A stretch of 63,654 nucleotides of DNA, filler included, from Octopus bimaculoides (lineage: Eukaryota): the NCBI RefSeq assembly GCF_001194135.2. It is 5 parts of 5 records of this genome, joined end to end, with 100 filler letters (N's around TTAATTAATTAA, not from the genome) between each part and the next. Parts side by side here need not be neighbours in the genome. Positions count along the whole stretch, not along the records: positions 13,773 to 24,819 come from NC_069002.1; positions 24,920 to 45,196 come from NC_068993.1; 3 more parts are not named here. One strand, written 5' to 3'. Shown here piece after piece: positions 13,961-25,901 of the stretch (position 1 is its first letter; each line of letters starts with the position of its first letter). Position numbers and translations under genes: made by a program. The notes below the pieces were generated by a model. That model ran no database searches, was not told the origin of the DNA, and was given only the letters and a program-made list of their open reading frames with translations.

Positions 13961-15489
13961 AGGCAAATAAGAAAATGGAGAGGATAAACAATCAACAAAT
14001 ATGAGCCAGTAAACATTCCATTATATCTATTTATTAGATGGTAACAAACATGTGTTACGTGGTACAAGTAACCGAATGAGATCAGCCAATAAATATATAA
14101 ACAGATACATATATATAGAGAGATGAATGAATAATAATAGATGAGTGTACAGATGCAAATTCCTTACAGCCATTTCTACCATGAGGCCTCAGAATCTTCC
14201 AAGTCATCCTCATCACGTCAGTGATATACAGGGATATGTATAATTACTAGTACTTGTATACCTAGGTGGATTAAAATACATCTAACACTTACACTACATA
14301 TATATCCCTTCATCCCTACATGAGCCAGGATAACCCCATTGTAACTATGGTTGACTCCGTATAGCTACAAAGTTACAACCTTTATCACTTAACATCCTGA
14401 TATGATTATAGTTACAATGTAACATAAGGTTATTTACATTCCCTAAGTCAAACCTTTATCATAACATGAATACTTTCAGCTTATATTCAGAATTGATAAT
14501 AATCCCAATCTTACTTTTAGTGTCTCTGAATGGTTTACCCCCTAGTTTTGCAATGCACGGTTACCTCCCTTCAACTATCGTCTACAAACCTAAATCTACT
14601 TTAAATTCGGACATGTCCACATCAACCCTCGTATTTTGGACCTGATTCATAAGATAGAAATTAGTACTCAGACCTACTCACAACGTAATAACACTTAATA
14701 ACCACCTCATAAACATTATTCTACTACACGAATTTGCTACGTATCTAAATATGATGATATACTATCGGACTATTTTGTCTCTGATAGAATGCTTTGGCAT
14801 CTGTTCGTCATTTACTTCCCAACGAATCGCTTCTCCCTTCACGACTCTCGTGTAGATACTTACTTGTTTGGGTGTGTATCTCTCATATAAACTAAATAAA
14901 CTGCTGGAAACATGATGTAAAGCGCAGCCTATGGCTATATTTCCTGAGTGACTGTATTTACTTACCACAGGATGCAATACCATAGATCATAGCAATACCT
15001 TAAAACGAAGTTCCTATATTTCCTTACCATGTATATTACACTACATTACATTATTTTTGTTCTTATTTTTATCTATTTTATTCTATCTTACCTTATTTTA
15101 CCTTACTCTATTATTCTAACTGAATTCCCCACATGTTAGTTTCCTAACATTTGTACTCTCTGAAGAAGCCTTGAGGCTCAACCATTACCCAATATCTCTG
15201 TCCAATGTTTGTTCATCCCTGTATATCACTGACGTGATGAGGATGACTTGGAAGATTCTGAGGCCTCATGATAGAAATGGCTGTAAGGAATTTGTATCTG
15301 TACACTCATCTATTATTAGCCGTTCATCTCTCTCTATATATGTATCTGTTTATATATTTATTGCCTGATCTCATTCGGTTACTTGTACCACGTAACACAT
15401 GTTTGTTACCATCTAATAAATAGATATAATGGAATGTTTACTGGCTCATATTTGTTGTTTTTATATCCGCTCCATTTTCTTATTTGCCT
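13961..15489. repeat. Inverted repeat element (arms 13961-14235 and 15215-15489, about 980 bp core), possibly a Penelope-like remnant
   Basis: About 275 bp arms at over 90% identity by eye. No TSD seen. The family assignment is inference only. Confidence 0.8.
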
Positions 15490-15544
15490 CTCTCTCTCTC
15501 TCTCTCTTTCTCTCACACACACACACATTAGACAGACATACAGA

Positions 15545-15920
15545 TAGATAGATAGATTTCTTTTATTAGCCACACAGGGCTCAACACAGATGGGACAAAT
15601 ACAATGTAGAGTTTTTCTTTTCGAGGGGACGAAAAAAAAAAAAAAAGTGGGGAAAACGATCAAAAGGCATTGATAAACGTTTGGGTTATGTACAAAAAAA
15701 AAAAATAATAATACAAAAACTTCTCAAGAAATGGGGAGGTTATCCGTGGAAAGGTTCTTTAGGAACAATGGTACCTGGCTTTTTTTAGGCAGAGTTAGAT
15801 CTGTTTCTTTAACAAAAGTTAGATACAGTTGTTATAGACAGGTTAGACTTAGAGCAGTAGGATGAGTTAATCCTGAGTCTTTAGAAATTGTCACTCCTTG
15901 ATCTTTAGGAAGAGTTAGAC
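15545..15920 (-). mobile_element. Probable LINE 3' end fragment
   Basis: The minus strand ends ...CCCTGTGTGGCTAATAAAAGAAATC followed by a simple-repeat tail. A similar GTGGCTAATAAAA end occurs near 10415. Confidence 0.4.
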
Positions 15921-16643
15921 TCTAAAATTTGTAGACAATGTCAGAACTGAAAGGACAAACAGACTATGGATCCTTGTGCAGCTCTGGCCTTGCCAGTTCT
16001 TTGCAAGAAGAAGAAGGATGATGGTGATGACGATGAGGAGGAGATATTAAAACAGTAAATTATTTGTTATGAAAACTTAGAATTGTTACTGAGAATTGTC
16101 CTTTGACTTGCTGGATTTTGTTAAACCACCCAACTCATTTCAATATGTAAAACAGACATAAAATGATGATGGTCTTTAGAACTACCCTCTATCTACCATT
16201 CCTATGATCTACTGTATTCCAGCTGAAACTGTTCTCTTTTATTTTTAGTAAAGTGCATCTAGGGCTATGTTATTTAAGTATTCTTTTTATGATGGTGGAG
16301 TGTGATTTGAAGGAGATTTGATTGCTATTTCTAGCAGGTTGAGTGACTGCATGACATCAGTTTAATTGGTTCAAGATTATGGTGTGTTATTTAAGGGGAA
16401 ATTTGGTTGCTATTTTTAATAATTTTCCAGTTCAGATTACACCCACACCCACACCCATCACTATTAAGAAATAGGAAAGACATATTAGCTGACCCTGTCC
16501 AGGGAACTGATTGGGTCATGGCTGCAATATTTTTGACCATAAAACTCACTCAATCAGGGCTGATTTACTGTTAAACAACATCAACAATAATGTTATTATG
16601 CACCAATGACATTTTTTTCTTATCCTAAGTGGTATTTTTTCAG

Positions 16644-16715
16644 CTTACATTTCTTTATGAAAATACCTATCAACCAAAATTTGAAAATGCAATCTACACT
16701 CGTAATATTAATGAG
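16644..16715 (+). CDS. Cadherin-domain protein, internal exon A (LTFLYENTYQPKFENAIYTRNINE), phase 0-0
   Basis: Acceptor ggtattttttcag, donor GAG|gtaagt, 72 nt, open frame. P-x-F-x4-Y-x3-I-x-E matches the start of a cadherin EC repeat. Confidence 0.85.
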
Positions 16716-17029
16716 GTAAGTTCATTTCTATGTTTTTCTCTCATGAAGAATTTTTATTGTTACCTTTTTTAGGACTATCTTCCCTATACTTGGTGGAGTT
16801 TTATTTTTGTTTATTGTTGTAATTTTTTTAAAAATTTTGTATTTTTATCATTGTTCTGAGATTAAGAAGCTCACATCATAAACAAATGACCCCATGTTTC
16901 ACCCTGTTTCAGCCACACATTGGACAGATGTGTGAATGAGATTTAGTGAATAGAAATGGAGAAACAATGCAGAAGTACATTGCACATGTGTATGCATCAG
17001 CACGCACACATGTACAGACCCACATGCAT

Positions 17030-17072
<43 letters not shown>

Positions 17073-17377
17073 GGCATATATATGTCTATTTATATATTTA
17101 TACATACGATTGGATGCACTCAACATGCATTAGTTATGTCATTCAGGTTTCATTTCTTATTGTAATCATGTTTAACTCCCACCATTGTATTACATGTTCA
17201 CCTGAGGTCTTGTGCAATCGGATGTGGGTTATATATACATATATATATATAAATATGTGTGTGTGTTAGGACTAAATTTGATGAGTTTTTATGTCCCTTT
17301 TTCTCAGGAACAGTTTGATGTATTGGTGAATAGCATTTGAGAGCATAAAGATAAAAGTTGTAGTTGAGAAAAAGTTA

Positions 17378-18390
17378 GCTGACATGGAGGACTGGAAGTC
17401 ATCTGAATATTAGAAAAGTGTTGCCAGTATCATGATGATTCATGCTGAGTATCAAAATGCCAACATCATGACTGCTGCTGCTGCTGAATGCTCTGTGAAC
17501 ACCGTAAAGGTTGTAAGACATGACATGGACAGCTGTAACAGAGACTATGATGCTGTGACCAGCTGGAAGGGATATAACAGGCATTCTGAAACCAACAACT
17601 GCAGGACAGGGTGATGCAAGATCTGAACAAGGGAATCCAGGATTTGATGAGAGAGATGGGTGCTGGAGTTGCCACGATGAAGATGGCACTGAAGTAGAAC
17701 TTTCACTTCCACTCATATAAGGGATGCAAGGGAGAAATTCTGACAGCTAAGGTAAAAGAAAAAAATCACTTGACAAGGCCAAAGAAGCTCCTTAACAAGC
17801 TGAGACATCCTGTTAAGTCAGGGATAACCTGGCACTTTTTCAGATGCAAAGAACTTTTGCCAAGACTAGTTGCACAACAGGTGGCTTGCCAACAGTCTAT
17901 GTGATGTCTCATGTACCATGAAAACCAAGTTCTGCCAAATTGTAATGATCTTAGAGTGTGTGTCCAGTAAGGCTGATGTCATGTTGCTCTACATCTTTGA
18001 AAAAGGTCTTGTTCTCAATTCAGATGCAATGTGAGCTACCGGAAATTATGGTCAAATCCTAATTGGAAATGGTTGCTACTGGAAGACCATATGTGTGGCA
18101 AAAGGATTTGACTCCTTATCATACTTCCAGAAAGAATCAGAAGTGGTTGTTGGAGAATTTCTATGACTTCACCAGCCCCAATTTCTAACCTCCTAATTCT
18201 CCTGTAATCCCATGTGGGGCACAATTGAGAAATATGCCAACCACTCTGTCTGCAACACCGAGGTCAAGCTAATGGCTAAAATCAGGGAGGTGTTTGCATA
18301 TCTTCCCATGGATACAGTGAGGAATGCATGTGCTAGGTTGCAGAGCAGTCTTTAGGCCATGGTGGAAGCTAATCTAGTTGATATTTTCTT
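17378..18390 (+). mobile_element. Decayed Tc1/mariner-superfamily transposase (maT/DD37D-like)
   Basis: Frameshifted motifs: FSDAKNF, MKTKF..VM.L.CVS, GRPYVWQKD.TP.HTS, P.F*PPNSP..MWG, CARLQS.L*AMVEA. Confidence 0.85.
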
Positions 18391-18794
18391 ATTATTTAAA
18401 ATACTGTGGGGATGAGGTGAACCAGAAGGAATGGGCAGTGACATCAACAGCCGAGGAAAAGGAAGAGGGAGCAATGAAGTGAAGAAAGTAAGACTAGCAT
18501 GATCCACTTTGGCCTCAGTACAGTGGCGGTGAATGGATGTATGTGGATATGAGGGCAACACAGGGCTTTAGCAGTAGCTACTTGTGACAGGCAAGATGGG
18601 TAAGGCATGTCTTGTATTTAACACAACTGGACAACCAACACTGAGAAGTAGATGAACTGTATTTTGTTCCTCACATAACAATTCTCTCACGCTACAATAC
18701 TTTTATTTTTCAATGAGATATTATGTTTCTTTTTATGCAAACTATCAAATTTAGTCCAAATACCCCATATTTACATAAATATATATAGGGTGCG

Positions 18795-18858
<64 letters not shown>

Positions 18859-19039
18859 TGTATATATATACGGGGTGCATCAGTTTTGGAGCTCATTTGT
18901 ATGAATTTAGAAAAAGATGCATAGCTCAACAAAGTAAAGCTGTATTTGAAAACAAATTGGTACAAATTGAGAACCCTTTTATCACACTTATTCAATAAAT
19001 CCACCATTAGCATCAAGGGCTGCTTCAACATGGGGTTGG

Positions 19040-19900
19040 AAGCATTGACATGCTTGAATTAGATAATCTTTATTAATTTTGGAAACAGTGTTGGTTATGG
19101 CATATTTGCGAGATTGTATGGTTGTTTACAGGTGCATCGATTGACCTCTCTCTCTCTCTCGTCTATGCCCCATACATAATAGCCCAGTGGATTGAGGTCT
19201 GGTGAATTAGGAGGCCATGTGTCTGGAAGAACATGATCATGGAGATGAGCATACGTCCATGCTTGGGTTATTTTAAGCCTTATGAAGTGGTGCAGAGTCT
19301 TGTTGGATAATGTAGTCTTCTCTTGCTTACTCCGTCTATCCAGGGCCTCACAACATTCTCCAACACCTGTGTAGACAATAGTTTTGACTCTTTAGCCCTG
19401 TGGAATGACATCTCCCTCACTGCTGACCACCTCCAAAACTATCACACTTGCTGAGAACTTAGTATGCATGGCCATTGGCATCACATTTGGGTTTCTGCAT
19501 AACCATCTGCCATTCCTTTGGTTTACCTTTCCGTTCTGATTGAAGTGTTTCTCACTGAAGAAAAACCAAAGCATTCCAGCTTCTTGGTGTTTTAACTTCT
19601 TTTAGCGAGTGCTTTGCACATTTCAAATTATTCTCTCTTGTCACAACAACATAAACTGACCCCTCTGCATCACATATGACTTGTACCAGATGACTTTATG
19701 TTTTTCTGGTGGTGCATTCTAAAACCTCAAAGTCTTTGCAATGGTTCTGATTGACTTTCCAGGGTTTTTATTCATTATTTCTTAGACATTTTGTACAAAG
19801 TCATGTGCTCTGATAGTATTAGGACCCTGTGCATGCATTTTGCATTTAGCTGCTGATGTTGGATCATCATGTTGCACAACCACTCCTGTGCCGTTTGTTG
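19040..19900 (-). mobile_element. Second decayed Tc1/mariner (maT-like) transposase, opposite orientation
   Basis: ORF 19392-19574 reads FFFSEKHFNQNGKVNQRNGRWLC..VMPMAMHTKFSASVIVLEVVSSEGDVIP, the same motif order as the 17378 copy. A possible TIR (cggggtgcatc) starts at 18871. Confidence 0.8.
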
Positions 19901-20378
19901 CATTGTTATACCAAACTAATCAGCTGTTGATATAAATTTGTCAAGTTGGTGAAAAAAATTACTTAAAAATACCAAAAAGCATACAAGTTAATTTATTCTG
20001 CATCAAAAAGATTATTTGATCTTTATCAGATGTATGGTTTAATAATTTCACAAAATATACAAAATAATATATTATTGGTGAAAGTTGGCATGAGCGCACT
20101 GATGCTAGTCAACAGGTGCTTATAAGTCTGCAACTGGATGAAAGCCAAAGGCAATACTAGTAAAAACTGAACTCACAGCATAAAGGCAAAGATGGAAATA
20201 ACTTTAAAATATTTAATTCATCCCCAATGTTTCAAGATGTATTAAGTGTCTCAACTTGATGACATCTTGTCTTTTTTTTTTTTCTTTTTCATTCAGGTTT
20301 GTATAATGTTATCCAATACCATCTTTGCTGTTTTCTAAATTTACCCCCCTTTTTTTTTTTTTTTTAAATTTTTTCCAG

Positions 20379-20486
20379 TCAGAACCAATTGGTTTTTCTG
20401 TCTTCGATATTTCACAAAATATAATAGATGAAGACAAATGGTCAATCCCATCGTTGCCCAAATCCAGGTACAAGTTGAATATTCAG
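20379..20486 (+). CDS. Cadherin-domain protein, internal exon B (SEPIGFSVFDISQNIIDEDKWSIPSLPKSRYKLNIQ), phase 0-0
   Basis: Long poly-T tract plus ccag acceptor, donor CAG|gtaaat, 108 nt. Continues exon A in frame: E-S-x-P-x-G-x2-V and the DxD motif (IIDED) of EC repeats. Confidence 0.85.
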
Positions 20487-20564
20487 GTAAATTTTTAAAT
20501 ACAAACCAATTTTGACATATATTATACACATTATCAAACATGTGACTGACTTCTTTACTGAATT

Positions 20565-21900
20565 GTGGGTCGGTCAGTCGGTCGGTTGGTTGGTCGGTCG
20601 GTTGTTTGGTTGGTTGGTCGGTTGGTTGGCTGGTCGGTTAGTTGGCTGGTTGGTCAGTCGGTGGAATAAGTCAATGATTTCATAGCTGGTTGGTTGGAAG
20701 GTTGGATGAACAGATGGTTTCACTGTTGGCTAGGAGGATGGTTGATTTACCTAGCTGGTTGTAAGCATGAGTGGCTGGTTTAGCTGGTTGGATGGATGGC
20801 TTGATTAATAGCTGTAGAGATGAATGGATGGTTTAATAGATGGATGGATAGTAGGTTTGAGAGATGGTTGGATGAATGGATGGTTTTCTGGATTGTTGGA
20901 TGGGGAGAGAGATGGATGGATGGATGGATGATTGTATAATGAGATGGGTAAATGGTTCGATAGCTGGATGAATGGATAGGTTGTCTGAGAGTTGTTTGGA
21001 TGTATGGAGGGCTTGCTAGCTGGTTGGATGAATGGGTTGTTTGATAGCTGGTTAGATCAATGGATTGCTTAATAAATGGTTGGATGGATTGATAGTTCAT
21101 AGCTGGGTGGATGAATGGATGGCTTAATAGCTAGTTGGATGGGCAGATTGTTTGATAACTGTTTGAATAACTACATGGATAGATGGATGGTTAGATGGAT
21201 AGCTGTATGGATGAATGGAGGGTTTGATAGCTTGTAGGATTGAGGGATGGAGGGATGGATGGATTGTTTCATAGCTAGATGGATGAATGGTTTCGTTGTT
21301 GGTTGGGTGGATGATTGGTTTCCTAGTATGTTTGATGGATGGATGGTTTGATAGCTGAGCAGATGAATGGACTAATGGATAACTGATTTGATGGAGGGAG
21401 AGATGGATGGTTTGATAACAGGATGAGTGAATGGTTGGAGAATTGGTTGGGTGGATGGATAGTTTTCTTGCTGATTAGATGAATAGATTATTTGATAATT
21501 AGTTAGATGGATGAATGATTTTTTAACTGATTAGATAGACAGCTGTTTTGATAGCTAGTTAAATGGATGGTTGTTTTGCTAGCTTGCTGGTTGAATGGCT
21601 GGATGTTTTGTCAGCTGGTTGGGTAGGTGGTTTGATAGCTTGTTAGTTAGATGGATGATTTGGTGTCTGTTTTAAATGAGGGTTGGCTTTATAGCTGGGA
21701 GGATCAGTAGAAGTTTTGAAAGTTGGTTGGATTGATGGGTGGTTTGCTAACTTTTTGAATGGATTGATTGATGGGTAGGTAGGTGGGTAAATTGATAGAT
21801 GGTTTGATTGTTGACAGCATAAATAAATGATTTGATATCTGATGGGATGGATAGATGCTTTGCTAGCTTGCAGGATGGGTAGATGGTTTGAAGCTGTTAC
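20565..21900. repeat. Degenerate (GGAT/GGTT)n-derived minisatellite with recurring gatagct motif
   Basis: About 1.3 kb of tggatggatggtttgatagct-like units. Confidence 0.9.
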
Positions 21901-21983
21901 CCTTTTAGCTATTAATCTTTCACCAACAGCTATTTTGCAACTCATTCTAAAAACTCATTGTCTTTACCATTTTCAATCTTCAG

Positions 21984-22097
21984 CCCTCAAAAAGAAATGA
22001 TGCCTTTGTAAGTGGTGAAGACGGAATTATTAAACTGAACAAACTCTTGGATTATGACAACGGAATTAGGAATTATACAGTCATCATAACTTTTGAG
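21984..22097 (+). CDS. Cadherin-domain protein, internal exon C (PSKRNDAFVSGEDGIIKLNKLLDYDNGIRNYTVIITFE), phase 0-0
   Basis: Acceptor ttttcaatcttcag, donor GAG|gtatgt, 114 nt. G-I-I-x-L-x3-LDYD-x4-NYTVII matches the G-x-I...LD(R/Y)E...Y-x-L-x-V part of EC repeats. Confidence 0.88.
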
Positions 22098-22954
22098 GTA
22101 TGTTAGATTTTCTTATTTAGTGCTAAATATAAATTTTTTTTGGTTGTTGATGTTGTTGTGACACTGAAGTTCAGACCTAATCAGTCAGGTCTATGATCAA
22201 GCAAATTCTATCTATGAATCACCGTTTTTATTATATTTTTATATTTCTTCTAAATTTTTGCATCTAGAATTATATCATTATCCAGTTTGTCTTTCCTTCT
22301 GTATAATGGTAAAATGGGATATGATGGCTATTTGCTGTTTTTTTAGCTAGTCAACAATGGCTTAGTGCAATTGTAATTGGCTCTTTCTGGCAGTGGGCCT
22401 TTGAGAACAGATTACACTTCTATAAGTATAACTTAACAAACATTGTACAGAAAACTCTGTTTATTAGGTAGGTCATAAATATTTGATGGTGACAAAATGT
22501 GAGTAAATAAAATGGAGGGAAAGAAATGAAAATGTTCCAATTTAATAAACTTAAAGATTATGTTACAAAATGTTAGTAAATGGTTATTTATTTTTATATA
22601 AGCATTAAATTATGCATCGTACAAAAAGTCATAAACAACCTACATACAACCTGTATGTTTTGCATCCAGGGTCACTCATTGGCTAATAATTCTATAAGAT
22701 TATCTTCCATCTATGAGATTTGGTGTTTCCTCAAAAGACAGACGACCAACTTGCAGTATTCATTATTGTATCAACATCAGTCATTCTTACCAATCTGTTG
22801 AAACTCTTTCTGTATAGTTGTCCATAAGAAGTTTATACATCTGAAGCTCAACACATATACACTCTCTGCTCTTAATTTCACTGCCCTTTGAAATTTTTCA
22901 TGAGTTCTTTTAGATTGATTTGATCTATACTTAATATTGTTGTGTAAATCCACA

Positions 22955-24295
22955 TTGTCCAGTGTACTTGGCTTTTGTTGACTTGGAGAAAGCTTTTGAC
23001 AGGGTCCCCCAATCCGTTATCCGGTGGGCGATGCAGAAACTAGGGATAGATGAGTGGTTAGTAAGAGCTGTACAAGCCCTGTACATGGATGCTGTCAGTA
23101 AGGTGAGGGTTGGCAGCGAATATAGTGAAGAATTCTGGGTAGAAGTAGGGGTTCACTAAGGATCAGTTCTCAGCCCCCCCCCCTCTTATTCATCATAGTC
23201 CTACTGGCAATAACAGGAATTCAAGACAGGGCTGATCCTGGGAGACGAAGTTTAGTGGGTGGACGCAAGGTCTAGAATCGAAGGGCCTTGGAGTCAATTT
23301 AGCGAAAACCAAAAGTCCTGGTAAATAGGAAGACAGACAAATCACAAACCCCTTCAGGTAGATAGTCCTGCTTGATCTATAGAAAAGCAATAGGTAGAAA
23401 CCTGGTGTAAGCTATGGACACATATGAGGTGCAGCAATATCAAAGGAAGGTTAACTGGGAAGATAGCTTTTGTGTGTGGCAGATGCACAGGAGAAATAAA
23501 CACTGAAGAGGTACAGAAAACAGATTCCATCACATGCCAGGGGGAAAAACTAGTAGTTGATAGCTTCCGCTACCTAGGCGACCAAGTCTGTAGTGGGGGT
23601 GGATGCTCCTAGAGGGTAGCTGCTAGAATAAGGATAGCCTGGGCAAAGTTCGAAGAGTTCCTACCTATGCCGGCAACTAAGGGCCTTTCAATCAGAGTAA
23701 AAGGTAGTCTGCATGATGCATGTGTGCGAAATGCCATGCTACATGGCAGTGAAACACGGGCCATGACTGCTGAGGACTTGCATAGGCTTGAAAGAAATGA
23801 AGCTAGTATGATCCGGTGGATGTGTAATGTCAGTGAGCATACATGTCAGAGTGTAAGTACCCTAAGAGAAAAGTTGGACATAAGATGCATCAAATGTGGT
23901 GTGCAAGAGAGACGATTGTGCTGGTATGGTTATGTGTTACATATGGATGAGGACAGGTGTATGAAGAAGTATCATACCCTAACAGGGGTAGGAACTTGTG
24001 GGAGAGGTAGACCGAGGAAGGCATGGTATGAGGTGGTGCAACATGACCTTCGGACGTTGGGCCTCACTGAAGCAATGACAAGAGACTGAGACCTTTGGAG
24101 ATATACTGTGATTCAGAAAACCTGGCAAGTAAAGTGAGATCACAGCTGTGTTGTGTGACCAGCCGATTTAAAAATACCCTTGAAGGATTAGGTGACACGA
24201 TATGCTTGATAAAACTTGTTGAGTTAAGTGAAATTGAAATTGTAGTTGTGGCCAGTGCTGCCTGACTGGCACCTGGAGATTAAAAGATGATGATA
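22955..24295 (+). mobile_element. 5'-truncated RTE-clade LINE (RT and C-terminus, plus 3' UTR)
   Basis: YLAFVDLEKAFDRVP, GVH*GSVLSP, FRYLGD, RLERNEASMIRWMC, GRGRPRKAW..VVQHDLRTLGL; broken by stops and frameshifts. Confidence 0.92.
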
Positions 24296-24305
24296 TATGT
24301 ATATG

Positions 24306-24338
<33 letters not shown>

Positions 24339-24373
24339 GCAGATATATATATGTATATACATATGTGTATATA

Positions 24374-24773
24374 GGCGTAGGAGTGGCTGTGTGGTAAGTA
24401 GCTTGCTTACCAACCACATGGTTCTGGGTTCAGTCCCACTGCGTGGCACCTTGAGCGAGTGTCTTCTTCTATAGCCTCGGGCTGACCAAATCCTTGTGAG
24501 TGGATTTGGTAGTCGGAAACTGAAAGAAGCCTGTTGTATATATGTATATATATATATGTATGTGTTTGTGTGTCTGTCTTTGTGCCCCCAACATCGCTTG
24601 ATAACCGTTGCTGGTGTGTTTATGTCTCCGTAACTTAGCGGTTCGGCAAAAGTGACTGATAGAATACATACTAGGCTTACAAAGAATAGGTCTTGGGGTC
24701 GATTTGCTCGACTAAAAACGGTACTCCAGCATGGCCACAGTCAAATGACTGAAACAAGTAAAAGAGTAAAAGA

Positions 24774-24774
<1 letters not shown>
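24374..24774 (+). mobile_element. tRNA-derived SINE (family A, full length, internal microsatellite)
   Basis: Head GGAGTGGCTGTGTGGTAAG...GGTTCAGTCCC; tail ...CAAATGACTGAAACAAGTAAAAGAG. Many paralogues occur in the window. Confidence 0.9.
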
Positions 24775-24819
<45 letters not shown>

Positions 24820-25683
24820 NNNNNNNNNNNNNNNNNNNNNNNNNNNNNNNNNNNNNNNNNNNNTTAATTAATTAANNNNNNNNNNNNNNNNNNNNNNNNN
24901 NNNNNNNNNNNNNNNNNNNTTCAATTCCGTTGACATTTAGCATACAACATAACGTTTTATGAATAGGACATTGCACAGAGAAACAACGGTGGAGGCAGGG
25001 TGAAATGTTCCAGTGTAATTGCTGAGAGCGCTGATAATGGTGTTGGTGATGATGATGATAAGGATGAGTATGATTTTTGTGATTGATGGAGATTGATATA
25101 TATGGAACCACGCAAATGCATAAACGTATAAATTTACACATATACACACAAACATTCAGAGAGACATAAAGCGGGAAAGAGGGAGCAGTTAATATGTATG
25201 CATATGTATGTGTATAGATATGAACATATACATGTATATGTATATGAGTATATATGTATACAAGCGCACGTATGTATCTGATGTATGTACGCGCGCACGC
25301 ATGTATATATATATATATATATATATATATGTCGTAAGAAAGAACAATAATATTATATATATATGTATATATATCTAACATACATATACATGTATGGATA
25401 AATAAATACTTACATACGTATATATTTGAATACATACATATATGAACATTTGTATGCATACACAAATTTAGATAGAGCTAAATGGATGTACCAAAGTTAT
25501 GAATGTATATATAGAGAAATACCACACATATACACACAAGCACACACACAGACATATACATACACACACACAAACTTTTTTACGTTTGCCTATCTCTTTC
25601 TCTCGTTCTCACTCTCTTCCACAGGATATTCGTGAGTCAAGAATCAGCATAAAAAAAAAAAAAAACAATATGTCAGGTGAAAA

Positions 25684-25901
25684 AAGGTGACGAGCTGGCA
25701 GAAACGTTAGCACGCCAGGGCAAATGATTAGCGGTATTTCCTCTGCCGCTACGTTCTGAGTTCAAATTCCGCCGAGGTCGACTTTGCCTTTCATCCTTTC
25801 GGGGTCGATAAATTAAGTACCAGTTGCGTACTGGAGTCGATCTAATCGACTGGCCTGGCCCTTCCCCACAAATTTCGAATCTTGTGCCTAGAGTAGAAAA
25901 G
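25684..25901 (+). mobile_element. SINE (family B) with 17-bp TSD
   Basis: Head GGTGACGAGCTGGCAGAAACGTTAG...GAGTTCAAATTCC; TSD aatatgtcaggtgaaaa at 25667-25683 and 25902-25918. Confidence 0.9.

Noticed and set aside
15258-15300. CTGAGGCCTCATGATAGAAATGGCTGTA as a hammerhead
   Set aside because: The CUGANGA consensus is broken and the stem II closing pair is mismatched.
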